The notes: generated from the sequence alone by a model not told the origin. DNA of 64,000 nucleotides from Eledone cirrhosa (GCA_964016885.1 OZ024740.1:35402001-35466000), one strand, 5' to 3'; shown: positions 1 to 13,800, counted from the first letter of the stretch. Numbers and translations are program-made.

Positions 1-1665
1 TTTATTTTTGTCAAGTGTAGGCCCCCGACTCCTAGAACCTCAAGAAACTTGATTTTTGTCAAGTGTAGCCCCCCGACTCCTAGAACCTCAAGAAACTTCA
101 TTTTTGTCAAGTGTAGCATCCAACTCCTAGAACCTCAAGAAACTTTATTTTTGTCAAGTGTAGGCCCCCGACTCCTAGAACCTCAAGAAACTTGATTTTT
201 GTCAAGTGTAGCCCCCCGACTCCTAGAACCTCAAGAAACTTCATTTTTGTCAAGTTAAGGCTCCAATTCGTAGAACCTCAAGAAACTTGATTTTTGTCAA
301 GTGAAGCCCACAACTCCTAGAACCTCAAGAAACTTCATTTTCGTCAAGTTAAGGCTCCAATTCCTAGAACCTCAAGAAACTTCATTTTTGTCAAGTTAAG
401 GCTCCAATTCCTAGAACCTCAAGAAACTTTATTTTTGTCAAGTGTATGCCCCCGACTCCTAGAACCTCAAGAAACTTCATTTTCGTCAAGTGTACCCCCT
501 CAACTCCTAGAACATCAATAAACTTTATTTTTGTCAAGTGAAGCCCCCCGAATCCTAGAACCCCAAGAAACTTTATTTTTGTGAAGTGATGCCTCCCGAA
601 TCCTAGAACCTCAAGAAACTCCATTTTTGGCAAGTGTAGTCGCCCCCCCCCCCCCGACTCCTAGAACCTCAAGAAGCTTCATCTTTGTCAAGTGAAGCAC
701 CCAGAATCGTAGAACCTCAAGAAACTTTATTTTTGTCAAGTGTAGCCCCCGACTCCTAGAACCTCAAGAAACTTCATTTTTGTCAAGTGAAGACCACAAC
801 TCCTAGACCCTCAAGAAACTTTATTTTTGTCAAGTGTAGTCCCCCGACTCCTAGAACCTCAAGAAACTTCATTTTTGTCAAGTGTAGCCCCCCCCCCCTA
901 CTCCTAAAACCTCAAGAAACTTCATTTTTGTCAAGTGTAGCCCCCCGAAACCTAGAACCTCAAGAAACTTCATTTTTGTCATGTGTCGGCCCCCGACTCC
1001 TAGAATCTCAAGAAACTTCATTTTTCTCAAGTGTAGCCCCCCACTCCTACAACCTCAAGAAACTTCATTTTTGTCAAGTGTAGCCCCCCCCGACTCCTAG
1101 AACCTCAAGAAACTTCATTTTTGTCAAGCGTAGCCCCCCGACTGCTAGAACCTCAAGAAACTTCATTTTTGTCAAGTGTAGCCCCCCCGACTCCTAGAAC
1201 CTCAAGAAGCTTCATCTTTGTCAAGTGTAGCCCCCCAACTCCTAGAACCTCAAGAAACTTCATTTTAGTCAAGTGAAGCACCCAGTATCCTAGAACCTCA
1301 AGAAACTTCATTTTTGTCAACTGTAGCCCCCCCCCCCCCCGACTCCTAGAACCTCAAGAAACTTCATTTTTGTCAAGTGAAGCCTCCAATTCCTAGAACC
1401 TCAAGAAAGTTAATTTTTGTCAAGTGCATCCCCCCGACTCCTAGAACCTCAAGAAACTTCATTTTTGTCAAGTGTCGCCCCCCTCACTCCTACAACCTCA
1501 AGAAACTTCATTTTTGTCAAGTGAAGTCTCCAATTCCTAGAACCTCAAGAAAGTTAATTTTTGTCAAGTGTAGCCCCCCGACTCCTAGAACCTCAAGAAA
1601 CTTCATTTTTGTCAAGTGTAGACCCCAACTCCTAGAACCTCAAACACTTCATTTTTGTCAAGTGT
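1..1665. repeat. ~48-bp tandem satellite/minisatellite (~35 copies, runs off the window's left edge)
   Basis: Unit TCCTAGAACCTCAAGAAACTTCATTTTTGTCAAGTGTAGCCCCCCGAC recurs at 30, 78, 125...; variation is mostly in the C-run. ORFs here are repeat translations. Confidence 0.95.
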
Positions 1666-1669
1666 TCAT

Positions 1670-1815
1670 TTTTGTTTTTAGTCCTGCAGGATGTCCAAAG
1701 TCACCCTCCTCACCAAGAAACCTTGATGGGCGTTGCCAGTTTAGTCGCCAACCACCCGACCATGGGACAGGTTGTACTGGGATACATGTTTCCAGTAGCA
1801 CCAACTGGTGACCTG
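1670..1815 (-). mobile_element. 5' fragment of non-autonomous RTE derivative, family A
   Basis: Near-identical to 8195-8338; abuts a (CATA)n tract. Confidence 0.8.
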
Positions 1816-1834
1816 ATATACATACATACATACA

Positions 1835-4800
1835 ATGGCGACCGTTGTGGTCAGTGTCCGATAATCGGACGTGTGTAATTACGGCTTACATGATGGCAAC
1901 ATACCATATTATGGAAAAAGTTGAGCTACATTACGCGGTAAGATTACATACAATAATTCTACATAAGTGTTTGAACTGTAAGTGTGTTGTAAAACACCTA
2001 TTTATATGAACGATACACTTATGATATATGAACGGTACATACACTTTAACATATAAATGCAAAGTTGTTATATTACATTTGTAAAGAAATATGCAAGTAA
2101 CGTTTTCGATTCAGAAACAAAAACATAAGTGTTTGAACTGTGAATATGTTGTGAATATGTTGTAGAACACCTATTTATATGAATGATACATAAACTTTAA
2201 GATATAAATACAGCGTTGTTATATTATATTACATTCATAAAGAAATATACTAAGTAACGGTTTTCTTTTTGTTTTTTTTTTGTTCTCGATTCAAACGATT
2301 CAAGAACAACGTTTAAAACACAGTTGTAGAATGAAAAACTAACTGAAAAGAAATATTACCCAATCTGTGAATAACTTTAAATTTGATTCTGTCAGAACTT
2401 TGTCGAAACTTTTAAAGATCATCGACTATTTTGAAAAATAAATCAAAATATTAGTGAATAGACGAACGCATCATGGCAAAACGTACAAGTCTCCTTCGAC
2501 CAAATCGCAACTACAACCGTTGTATACAGTGGAGCTACGAGCTTAACAAAGAATTATATGAAGCATACAAACAATCTGAACCCCAAAAGTTCGGTTTTAT
2601 GCAAAGGCTAAAACCTTTATGGAACTCCAAACACCCAGAATTAGACTTTTCTCCAAAGCATTTAAATGAACAGGCAAAACGTATCATTAGATGTAAATTG
2701 ATACATCTAACGGAATTGAGTGATACTACAAATACAGCCCTTGTAGACAACCACCCCACCTCCACTGACAGACAAAGAGAATGGCCAGCTAAATCTAACA
2801 GTGAACAGCTCACCAACAATTTTGCTGAAATCCATCCCACTTCCACTGAAGAACAGCGAGAATGGTCAGCTAACTCTAGTAGTAATTGTCACCACATCAA
2901 CAACGAGGCTGAAATTCATGACTCTACTGTACAAACAGAACACCAAAAACTTGTGGACACCTTACAAGTGATATGGGACGATATGTTTCAAGAGATACAC
3001 AGCCTTAATGTGAGTGACAGACCATACAACACCAGAATCAGTAAAGAACCCACTAAATTGGAATTGGAAGCGGTGAACGAAATAGCTGGCAATTATCTGA
3101 AGGCTATACGATCTAAAGGTGTAGAAACGACATTTGAAACGCTTAATGTTTTGTTATATGTTTCAGCTGTCACATTGCTATCATATAACAAACATCTAAA
3201 ACCACGCAATCAAGATACAAACAAAAAGCCTGAACCAGCGTGGATACGAAATTTAAAAAGCAAAATTTTGTGCCTGAGACGAAGTATCTCACACATCGCA
3301 GTCGTTATGAAATGCAACATAGAGAGCAACTTCACACGACACCAGGAAGACCTAAAAAAAAGTTAGAGACGATTTGGAGATACAAAATTTAAAACTTTAA
3401 ACTCCAAATTACACCAGTTGAAACAACAACTCACAGCTACAACAGAAAGACTAAAATATAAGTCAACAGCACATAAACGACAAGTGCTAAATAGATTGTT
3501 TGCCAGAGATCCTAAATCAGTTTATCGCAGCTTCGGTGTCAAAATCTCAATCTCTGTAAATGACACCCCTTCAAAAGAACAGGTTGAGAGGTACTGGAGA
3601 TCTGTATGGGAAACGGATGACGGATTCAACAGACAAACTAATTGGCTAAAAGAACTGGAACATGACTACTGCCAACATGTTCAGACAAAACAATATGACA
3701 TAGATGGGTCAATACTGGAAACAGCTCTACAATGTCGAATAGGAAATCACCAGGCCCAGACCTCATTACAGGATACTGGTTGAAGAATTTCACTTTCTTT
3801 CGGCAAGATCTCATACGGCTGTTTACAGAAACCATTAAAGGCACACAAGAACTGCCCAGATGGTTAGCAACTGCCACTACTCTCCTCATTCCCCAAAATA
3901 GTCAAACCACTCTTGCTAAAAATTACCGCCCAATAGCCTGCCAAAACATCATGTATAAATTATATACTGAGTGCCTTAACCTGTTCTTACAGGATCACTG
4001 TGCTACCAACAACATCATAACACCTGAGAAAGCTGGTGGAAAGAGGGAGGTGTGGGGTTGCATAGATCACCTACTATCTAATAAAATGATTCAAGAAAAA
4101 ACAACAAAGAATCCCAGAAATATGACTGCGGTGTGGCTGGACTATCAAAAAGCATTTGATAGTGTACCTCATGGGTGGATTGTTAAGGCTTTACAGTTAG
4201 CCAAAGTCCCACAAACACTGATAGCTGCTGTTGAACATCTGACCAAGAACTGGTACACCAATTTGATCCTTAGAGGTGAGAAGGAGCAAGTTAAGACTGA
4301 TAAGATACATTACCAGAAGGGCATCTTTCAGGGTGATAGCTTGTCAGTGCTACTCTTCGTTCTCTCACTAAATCCACTATCTTACCTACTCAGGAAACAA
4401 GGTGGACAAAGAAGTGGGTCCAGAAGTATCTCCCATCTTTTCTTTGTTGATGACCTGAAGTTGTATGGGCCAAATATCAATGACATCAAGAAACAATTGG
4501 ACCTCATTACACAATTTTCAACAGACATCAAAATGAAATTTGATGAGTCCAAGTGTGCATATTTGGCAGTAAAACGTGGAAGAGCTGTGCCCTCCTCTAA
4601 AAATCTAGAGATGAACAGCCTGACAATACAACCCCTACAGTCAGGTGACAACTACAGATATCTTGGACAGGATGAGAATGTCAGATATGATGGACCCATA
4701 ATTAAGGAGAGAACCAGAACTGAATACCTCAGAAGAGTAAAGAAAATATGGTCATCAGAACTGTCAGCGTACAACAAATACATTGCTCACAATACTTATG

Positions 4801-6058
4801 CTGTGCCAATTCTAACGCCAACATTTGGCCTGCTGAATTGGTCATTGCAAGAACTAAGTGAGATGGATGTTAGAACTCTCAAACTTCTCAGTGTTACTGG
4901 GAACTTTAACATCAATAGTGATGTGGATAGGCTATAATTCTCACGCAAGGAAGGTGGCCGGGGTCTAAAATCCATATTAAAATCATGTGAGACCCGGATA
5001 GTAACACTGAAGTAACATCTTCAACAGAGGAAAAATGTAGGCAACCATCTTGGCCAGGTTTATGAGCATGAACAAAAAAAAATCATTAGAATAGCCACTG
5101 ATCTGGAGTAGAGATATGGAATAAAGCCTGATATAAATCTCTCACCCAGAGAAATCGGAAGATCCTATTCAATGTTCAAACAAGATGAAAAAATTGATCA
5201 ATTTACATAAAAAGTTGTGCATGGATACTTGAGGCGTAAAACACAGACCATAGAGGGGATAAACCACTCAAACAGCTTGGCATGGAGTTCCGACAAGTTT
5301 ATGACATCACACCTTGAGGGATATCTCTATGCAATACAGGAACAAGAACTCCCTACCAAATATCTGCTGCACAAAAGCGGAGGGCCATCAGCTGACAATA
5401 AATGTAGGCTATGTAAAACAAAGATCGAGGATGTAAGGCGTATTGTTGCCAGCTGCGAAAGAATGTTATCTCGCTACTACCTCCCATGAGACACGATGTG
5501 ATAGCTAGAACCATCTGGAACGCACTTCGGAAAACAAAATTAACAACAAACGAGGAAGAATATATTGAGACAGATGGCACTAAGGAATACTGGTGGAACC
5601 TGAAAATAAAAAAAAATGCCACCAAATTAAAGCACAACCGGCCTGATATTGTTGTTTGGGACCACACATTGTAAACGTGTTCTGTTGTGGAGATCAGCTG
5701 CCCACTTGATGTAAACGTTGTCAGAAAAATACAGGAGAAGGAGGACATCTACGGACCATTGATGAGGAGTTTACAAATCCAGTATCCAAGATACACCTTT
5801 AGCTTCATACCCATCATTATTGGATCTACGGGTTATATATCAACCCGCTTGGACCAAAGTATAACTGAACTTGGATTTGCGGACAAAGAGCGCAGCTCAC
5901 TAATTCATAGTCTACAAATGGCTGCGATAGCTGGCACCTTCAAAATTTGCAAAACATTCTTGCGATTCAAGGGATGACAATTTCTTTTCTTTTACAACCT
6001 TGCCACCAGGAAGGTGGCCGGTCAAAAAAATATACTCGAAATTAAGAGAAAGAGATAA
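1835..6058 (+). mobile_element. Near full-length, decayed R4/Dong-clade non-LTR retrotransposon (RT + C-terminal restriction-like endonuclease), family 1
   Basis: ORF pieces 2473-5977 show RT motifs YRPIAC, DYQKAFDSVPH, GIFQGDSLS and FFVDD, then a CRLC...C knuckle, RHD, RPDIVV and EISCP (PD-D/ExK RLE). Frameshifts and stops present; (CATA)n on both sides. Confidence 0.9.
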
Positions 6059-6202
6059 CATACATACACACATACATACATACATACATACATACATACA
6101 TACATACATACATACATACATACATACATACATACATACATACATACACACACACATACATACATACATACATAAATACATACATACACACATACCTACA
6201 TA

Positions 6203-7720
6203 CTACAGGGAATACTACACCTGATTAAGAAAGATCTGGTCATCGGAACTCTCTGCGCAAAACAAAACAGTGGCTCACAATGTGTTTGCTGTGCCTGTCC
6301 TAACACCAACTTTTGGAATACTCAATTGGACGATAGACGAAATCCGAATAGTTGATGTTGGAACTCGAAAAATACTGAACAACACCGGAAACTCCCACAT
6401 CAACAGTGACATAGACCGCCTTTACTTGAAACGTAAGCAGGGAGGCAGACGCCTAACATCAGTCCAGACAACATTTGAATGTCGCATCATATCTCTCCGA
6501 CAACATCTACGAACCTCGAAGCGTAGGAGCCCGTTTCTCGACCAAGTCTATCTGCATGAAACAGATAAGATCATGTGAGTTGGGAAGGAACTCCTTGAGA
6601 GATATTCCCTGTGTGATAATCAAAAACTCACACCCAGGGATGTCGCTCAGCAGTATCGCAGTGAATCCATGGATGAAAAACTGCATGCCTATCAGCAAAA
6701 AATCATGCACAGATATGTTGCCAGGAAGCTCCAGAGTGAGAGTTATATAGATAAGGAAAGTAGTCTATCTTGGACCAACAACCGCTATATTGGCTCCCAC
6801 TTTGAAGGATACGCTTTTGCAATCCAGGAACAGGAGATTAGCACGAAATACCTGATTCACAAAAGAGATAGGGATGCAGGAAAAACACCTAGATGTGATA
6901 ACAAGTGCAGACTCTGCAGAACTAACATCGAGGATATCACCCATGCCATCAGCAGCTGTCCAAAGATGTCATCGCGGTACTATCTACCTATGAGGCATGA
7001 TGTAGTGGCCAACACACTGTACAATGCAGTTCGTAAAAAAGATAGCCCCGACAATAAACACATTAAAAGCTACAACAATGTGGAAGACATCCATGTACAT
7101 AATATGAAAGAGTACTGGTTGAATGTTCCAGTAAAAACCCCAATAAAATGCAGGCATAACAGACCAGATATAATGATATGGGACAGGGAGAAGAAAACAT
7201 GCACAGTAGTGGAAATTAGCTGCCAAGCAGATGCCAATATAGTATCAAAGATTAGTGAAAAGGAGAATATTTATGCAGAACTGATGAGAAATCTGCAGAT
7301 ACTCCACCCTGATTACACCTTCAGATTTATGGCTGTGATTATTGGGGCACTGGGATATGTTAGTAACTGCCTCAATACAAATCTTGAGAAGCTAGGCTTC
7401 ACAGGAACAGAAAGAACACAACTAGTTAGGAAATTACAAGTACAATCCGTTAATGGAACAGTAATAATATGTAAAACATTCCAAAAATGTTGTATCTAAT
7501 AACTGCATATACACATGTACAGATACAAAGCATATACACATGCACACATACAATTCAAAACATCCACATCCACACATACAATAACATCCATATCTACACA
7601 TGCATACATACATATCTACTTAGTTGATGTGTAAATTGCAATGAGAGAGTCTTGTGTCTATGTTAGAAACCGACTATCTCTCTATTGGTAAAACTTTGTG
7701 AAATTATAAAACCAGAAGAA
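6203..7720 (+). mobile_element. 5'-truncated R4/Dong LINE, family 2
   Basis: ORFs 6270-6578 and 6669-7499 contain CRLC..EDITHAISSC, MRHD, RPDIMIW and EISC; the 3' end ...CCAGAAGAA joins CATAC. Confidence 0.9.
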
Positions 7721-7735
7721 CATACACACATACAT

Positions 7736-8338
7736 GGTGGCTGCCAACTCGTTTTCGAGTAAGGCCACTACTTTATATCCATGTAGGAGAACCCCTACTG
7801 ATACGCTGAACGAGTGTGACTTTTTAGTCCAGCCAGCGACTTGAAAACTCTGGTACAAACACTACACTTGTGACAATTACTGACACATAGTGCTGGGCCC
7901 ATGGTACCATGTGATGACAAGTGCAGAGAGATCTCCAGATATAAAGCAAAGCCTGTGCCATGAAGCTTTTATAGTGAGCAAAGGCACTGCACAAAACCAG
8001 TCCCACTCTCTTAACCAAGATGATATTTATCAAAAAGAAGAACAAGTCAACATCACTGGATACCATCAGGGTTGCAGGTGTTATATCAGAGTTTTCCTTC
8101 TCCTAGAGTTCTGCCTTGACAAAGGCTAAGGGGTCATCTCTCCCGGTGATTTTGGATGGCCATTGACTCTTAAGAGCTCCTTTGCCCTTTGACAGGTTTT
8201 GTTTTTAGTCCTGCAGGATGTCCAAAGTCACCCTCCTCACCAAGAAACCTTGGTGGGGTTGCCAGTTTAGTCGCCAACGACCCGACCATGGGACAGGTTG
8301 TACTGAGATACATGTTACCAGTAGCACCAACTGGTGAC
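7736..8338 (-). mobile_element. Short internally deleted RTE derivative, family A (~600 bp)
   Basis: RTE-type 5' UTR (GGAGAAGGAAAACTCTGA) fused to the ORF C-terminus (CSVCTRVFKSLAGLKSH), a 3' hairpin ACTCG-AAAA-CGAGT and an (ATGT)n tail; further copies at 13801-14335 and 14535-14938. Confidence 0.8.
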
Positions 8339-8420
8339 ATACATACATACATACATACATACATACATACATACATACATACATACATACATACATACAT
8401 ACATACATACATACATACAA

Positions 8421-8940
8421 GATGGCTGCAAACTCTGCTAAGAGTTTTGCATTCGCTTGTCAGATTATAGAGTTTGGTGCACCTTTAGGCTATGGCCAGC
8501 CACACGAACCTGTAACAGATCTTGAACAAGCAATGCCTGAGCTTTGAAGGTTTTTTTAAGTGGGGAAAGGCCTTCCACTCGACCAATCCTACTCTCTGAG
8601 CATCGAAAACACTACCCGAAAAGGAGAACTGGTCAATATCATCGGATGCTTCCGAAGCCGCAGGTTTTGTCAGAGTTTCTCTCTCTTAAAAAGGTGTAGT
8701 GACAACAACTAGGGACCTTTCACTCCCAGGTGAAAGAAAAATGCTATTTGGATGGCCGCTGACTCTGCTGAGTTCCTCCGCCCTTTGCCGGGTCTTGTAT
8801 TTCATCCCACAGGGTGTCCAAATATCACCCTCCTCACCAAGCAAGCTTAGTGGGGTTGCCGGTTTAGTCGCCCACGACCCGACCATGAGACAGGTTGCAC
8901 TGGGTTACATGTTACCAGTAGCACTCGAGAGCGACCTGAC
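8421..8940 (-). mobile_element. Short RTE-related non-autonomous element, family B (~520 bp)
   Basis: 5' ~150 nt is homologous to family A; the body differs; 3' hairpin plus (ATGT)n tail; second copy at 10898-11417. Confidence 0.75.
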
Positions 8941-9019
8941 ATAGATACATACATAGATACATACATATATACATACATACATATATACATGCATAAATGC
9001 ATACATACATACTTATATA

Positions 9020-10860
9020 TATCGACAGTAATAACGTCATTACAGATGAACAAGCAGCTGGAAAGAAAGGTGTTTGGGTGTCCGTGCAGAACAACTAATT
9101 AACAGAATCACGATGTCAGAGGTGCGGCAACATAGGAGGAATATGGTTACAGCCTGGCGGGACTACAGGAAAGCATTCTATTCTGTTCCCACTCTTGGAT
9201 GATAGAGGCCCTCCGACTTGCTAAAGTCGCAGACACTATTATCAGAGCCATAGAGAACCTTCTTGGGCTATTATCGTAAAGTTAAAACCAGAGGAGGACC
9301 CTATTTTCACTGATAAAATAGAATATCACAGGGGTATATTTCAAGGAGATAATCTCTGTGTGCTACTATTTATTCTGTCATTAAATCCTTTGTCCTTTCT
9401 GCTCAAGAAATGTGAAGGATACATAATTGGCTCCCAAGAGGACAGAAATACAAACCTAGCTCACAACTACTTTGTGGATGACCTGAAACTCTATGCCAAG
9501 AACATGGATGACCTGGTTACAACATTCTCAAAGGATATAGGAATGGACTTTAGCAAGGGTAAATGTTCATATATGACCGTAAAGCGGGGAAAAACTACAA
9601 GCCAACCTAGCAACATTTTTATCAATGATCTAACTGTTTCACCGATATCTGACGAGGAGTGCTATAGATACCTGGGGATAGATGAGAATATATCATATGA
9701 TGGTATCTGTAACAAGGAACGCGTAACCAGGGAATATTACACCCGGTTAAGAAAAATATGGTCATCTGAAATCTCTGCGCACAATAAAACAGTGGCTCAC
9801 AATATGTTTGCTGTGCCTCTCTAACACCAACGTTTGGAATACTCGATTGGATGATAGACGAAATCCGAACAATTGATTTTAAAACCCGAAAAGTACTAAA
9901 CAACACCGGAAAATTCCACATCAACAGTGACATAGACCGCCTTTACTTGAAATATAAGCAGGGAGGTAAAGGCCTAACATCAGTCCAGACAGCATTTTAG
10001 TGTTACATCATATCCTTCCGACAACATCTATGAGCCACTAAGCGTAGAAGCCTATCTATTGAGTAAGTCTGTCTACATGAGACAGGTAAGTTTATGAGCG
10101 TTGGGAAGGAACTCCTTGAAAAATATTCCCTGCATGATAATAAAAAAATTCACACACAGGGAATACCGCAGTGAATCCATGGATGAACAACTGCATGCTT
10201 ATCAGCAAAAACTCATGCATGGATATGTTGCCAGGAGGCTCAAGTGTGAGGGCAATATAGATAAGCAAAGTAGTTTATTTTGGACCAACAACCGCTATAT
10301 TGGCTCCCACTTTGAAGGACACACTTTTGCAATCCAAGAACAGGAAATCAACACAAAATACCTGATTCACAAAAGAGATAGGGATGTAGGCAAAAACACC
10401 TAGATTTGACAACAAATGCAGACTCTGCAGAATTAACATCGAAGATGTCACTCATGTTGTAAGCAGCTGTGTCATCACGGTACTATCTACCAATAAACCC
10501 CGACAATAAACACTAAAAGTTACAGCAATGTGTAAGGCATATACCTTCAGATTTACACGTATGATTATTGGGGCACTGGGATATGCTATTAACTGCCTCA
10601 GTACAAATCTTGACTAGTTAGGAAATTACAAGTACAATCCATTAATGGAACTGTAAAAATTTGTAAAACATTCCAAAATTTCTGCATGTAATAACTGCAG
10701 ATACAAAACATGCACATGCACAAGTATAACTCAAAACATACAGATCCACACATACAATAACATCCATACCCGCACACACATACATGCAGACATGCAGATA
10801 TATTTACCTAGTGGATATCTACTACTGGTAAAAATTTATAAAATTATGAAACCAGAAGAA
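9020..10860 (+). mobile_element. Decayed R4/Dong LINE, family 2, with internal deletions
   Basis: RT motifs GIFQGD and YFVDDLKLY; matches 6203-7720 and has the same 3' junction CCAGAAGAA|CATAC. Confidence 0.85.
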
Positions 10861-10897
10861 CATACATACATATATACATATATATACATAAATACAT

Positions 10898-11417
10898 GAT
10901 GGCTGCAAATTTTAGTAAGAGTATTACAATCGCTTGTCGAGTTACAGAAAATGGGGCACTTTTAGGCTACGGCCAGCCACACGAACCTGTAACATATCCC
11001 GAACAAGCAATGCCTGTGCTTTGAAGGTTTTTTAAGTGGGGGAAAGGCCTTGCACTCGATCAATCCCACTCTCTGAGCATCGAAAACACTACCCGAAAAG
11101 GAGAACTGGTAAATATCATCGGATGCTTCCGAAACCAACCACAGGTTTTTTTTCTGAGTTTTCCTCTCTTAGAAAAGTGTTGTGACACCAACTGGAGACC
11201 TTTCACTCCCAGGTGAAAAAAAATACTATATGGATGGCCGTTGGCTCTGCTGAGCTCCTCCGCCTTTTGCCTGGTCTTATATTTCATCCAGCTGGGTGTC
11301 CAAATATCACCCTCCTCACCAAGCAAGTTTGCTGGGGTTGCCGGTTTAGTCGCTGGCAACCCGACCATGAGACAGGTTGTACTGGCTTACATGTTACCAG
11401 GAGCACCCGAGAGAGAC
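10898..11417 (-). mobile_element. RTE-related non-autonomous element, family B, copy 2
   Basis: Aligns end to end with 8421-8940. Confidence 0.75.
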
Positions 11418-11442
11418 ATGATATAAATACATACATAAATAC

Positions 11443-12525
11443 GTGATGCCTGCATCTCGATTTCAAGAATTGCCATTCATTTACTCATACATGGTGGCAT
11501 GAATATGACTCTTTAGCTCTGCCAAAGACTTACATTCCTTTCTGCATATGCTGCAGCGATGAAGATTACTTTCACTTCGGTTCCCTGTTTTGTTTTGGTA
11601 AGCCTTCAAATGACGTAGGAGCACACCGGCCGAGACACATTGTTTTCCACACATCCGACAGGAAGATGCTAAAGTGACCGTAATCGACAACATTTTGTAC
11701 ATGGCTTCTATGATGACTTCTACAACCAGCTTTATTAAGACAAATTCAGCCACACACATTGGACACAAGTCATTTTGAACATCTAAAAATGCAGGTGAAG
11801 TGATATCGTGCAGACTGCTACGCGGGACCATCTTTAATTGTTCATGTTCCACACGGGATTTTTCAAATTCCTGTTTTTCATTAAACAATGTTTTCCTTCA
11901 AGATGATCAATCTAAGGCAATATCTTCCCAGTTATCTTTGATTTTTTGTTTTACTTTATCAAAGCCTTTTTGATGCAGTCTTTATATCTGAGTTTTGGGT
12001 TACGCCTTGGCCGTCTGTATTTGACTAACTCCCCGTACAGAAAGTGCTTAGGAATATGATGATCTGACATTCTTACAAAATGGCCGCTCCAGTGAAATCT
12101 ATATTGAATTATGAGATTCAATACTTTAAAAATGACTTTGTTCCAGCACCTCAGCATCATTCATGTGTAATTGCCAATGGATACCGAGTATTCGGCGAAG
12201 ACTTTGTTGAGGAAGATGTTCCAGCTTTTTTATATTTCGCTGGTATATGACCCAAGTTTCATTCACATACAACAATAAAGACAATACACATGTTTTGTAC
12301 ACATTTACTTTGTATGAACAGAAAACCCACGTCGACACAAGAGAAACCCATCTACTTTGCCAATCACTTGCTTTTTTCAGTTGCACCATGGGTGTTTGTC
12401 ATGTTAACTGTGCTTCCCAAATATACAGATTTATCCACAACCTTCAGTGTTTTACTCTACAGATAAATGTGAAGTCCTTGCCCAGAGCAGGTCGATACAA
12501 AACAACTGTCTTGGTCAGACTGATT
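11443..12525 (-). mobile_element. 3' remnant of an autonomous RTE LINE
   Basis: Minus-strand ORFs VYKTCVLSLLLY..ETW, WSGHFVRM..IPK..LYGEL and CSICRKECKSLAELKSH; the 3' end resembles family A and has an (ATGT) tail. Confidence 0.85.
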
Positions 12526-12529
12526 GATA

Positions 12530-12717
12530 GGTCACTCTCGAGAGCTACTGGTAACATGTAACTCAATACAACATGTTACATGGTTGGGTTGTCGGCGACT
12601 AAGCTGGTAACCCTACCAAGCTTGCTTAATGAGGAGAGTGACTTTTGGACACTCAGCGAGCGGGATGAAAAACAAAACCTGTCGAAGAGCGGAGGAATTC
12701 AGTAGAGTTGACCATCC
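12530..12717 (+). mobile_element. 5' fragment of the RTE-type UTR (third variant)
   Basis: Homologous to the 5' ends of families A and B, in the opposite orientation to upstream copies. Confidence 0.7.
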
Positions 12718-12751
12718 AGTAGTGTGTAGATATTTATATGTTGATATGTAT

Positions 12752-13751
12752 GTTTCTCTTTTTCTTAATTTCGAGTACATTTTTGACCGGCCACCTTCCT
12801 GGTAGCAAGGTTGTAAAAGAAAAGAAATTGTCATCTCTTGAATCGCATGAATGTTTTGCAAATGTTGAAGGTACTAGCTATCGCAGCCATTTGTAGTCTA
12901 TGAATTAGGGAGCTGCGTTCTTTGTCTACAAATCCAAGTTTAGTTACACTTTGGTCCAAGCGGGTTGGTATATAACCTGTAGCTCCAATAATGATGGGTA
13001 TGAAGCTGAAGGTGTATCTTGGATACTGAATCATCTGCAAACTCCTCGTCAATGGTCCGTAGATGTCCTCCTTCTCTTGTATTTGTTTTTTACAACGTTT
13101 ACATCAAGTTGGCAGCTGATATCTACAACAGAACACGTTTTCAATGTGTGGTCCCAAACAACAATATTAGGCCTGCTGTGCTTTAATTTGGTGGCAGTTT
13201 TTATTTTCAAGTTCCACCAGTATTCCTTAGTGCCATCTATCTCAACATATTCCTCCTCCTTTGTTTTTAAGTTTGTTTTCCTAAGTGCGTTCCAGATGGT
13301 TCTAGCTATCACATCGTGTCTCATAGGGAGGTAGTAGCGAGACGACATTCTTTCGCAGTTGGCAACAATGTGGCTTACATATTCGATCTTTGTTTTACAT
13401 AGTCTACATTTATTGTCAACTGATGGCCCTCCTCTTTTGTGTAGCAGATATTTGATAGGGATTTCTTGTTCCTGTATTGCATAGAGATATCCTTCAAGGT
13501 GGGATGTCAACTTGTCGGAACTCCCTGCCAGGCTTTTTGAATGATTTATCTCCTCTATGGTCGGTGTTTTTCGTCTCAGGTACCCATGCACAACTTTCTT
13601 TGTAATTTGGTCCATTTTAAAAATCTTGTTCGAACATTGAATAGGATCTTCCAATTTCCCTGGGAGAGAGATTTATATCAGGCCTTATTCCATATCTCTC
13701 CTCCAGATTAGTGGCTATCCAAATGATATTATTTCCTTCATGTTCATAAAC
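12752..13751 (-). mobile_element. R4/Dong family 1, 3' ~1 kb
   Basis: Reverse complement of ~5065-6058 (RLE domain and 3' UTR). Confidence 0.9.
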
Positions 13752-13800
13752 ATGTATGTATGTATGTATGTATGTATGTATGTATGTATGTATGTATGTA

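Noticed and set aside
1-1665. CRISPR-like constant repeat with a variable segment
   Set aside because: The variable parts are only ~14 nt, related to each other and reused; no cas genes; eukaryotic context.
8195-8338. Canonical HDV-like or twister ribozyme at the RTE 5' end
   Set aside because: CTAA and GGAGGG-like motifs are present, but the required helix order could not be assembled; kept only as a structured-RNA lead.
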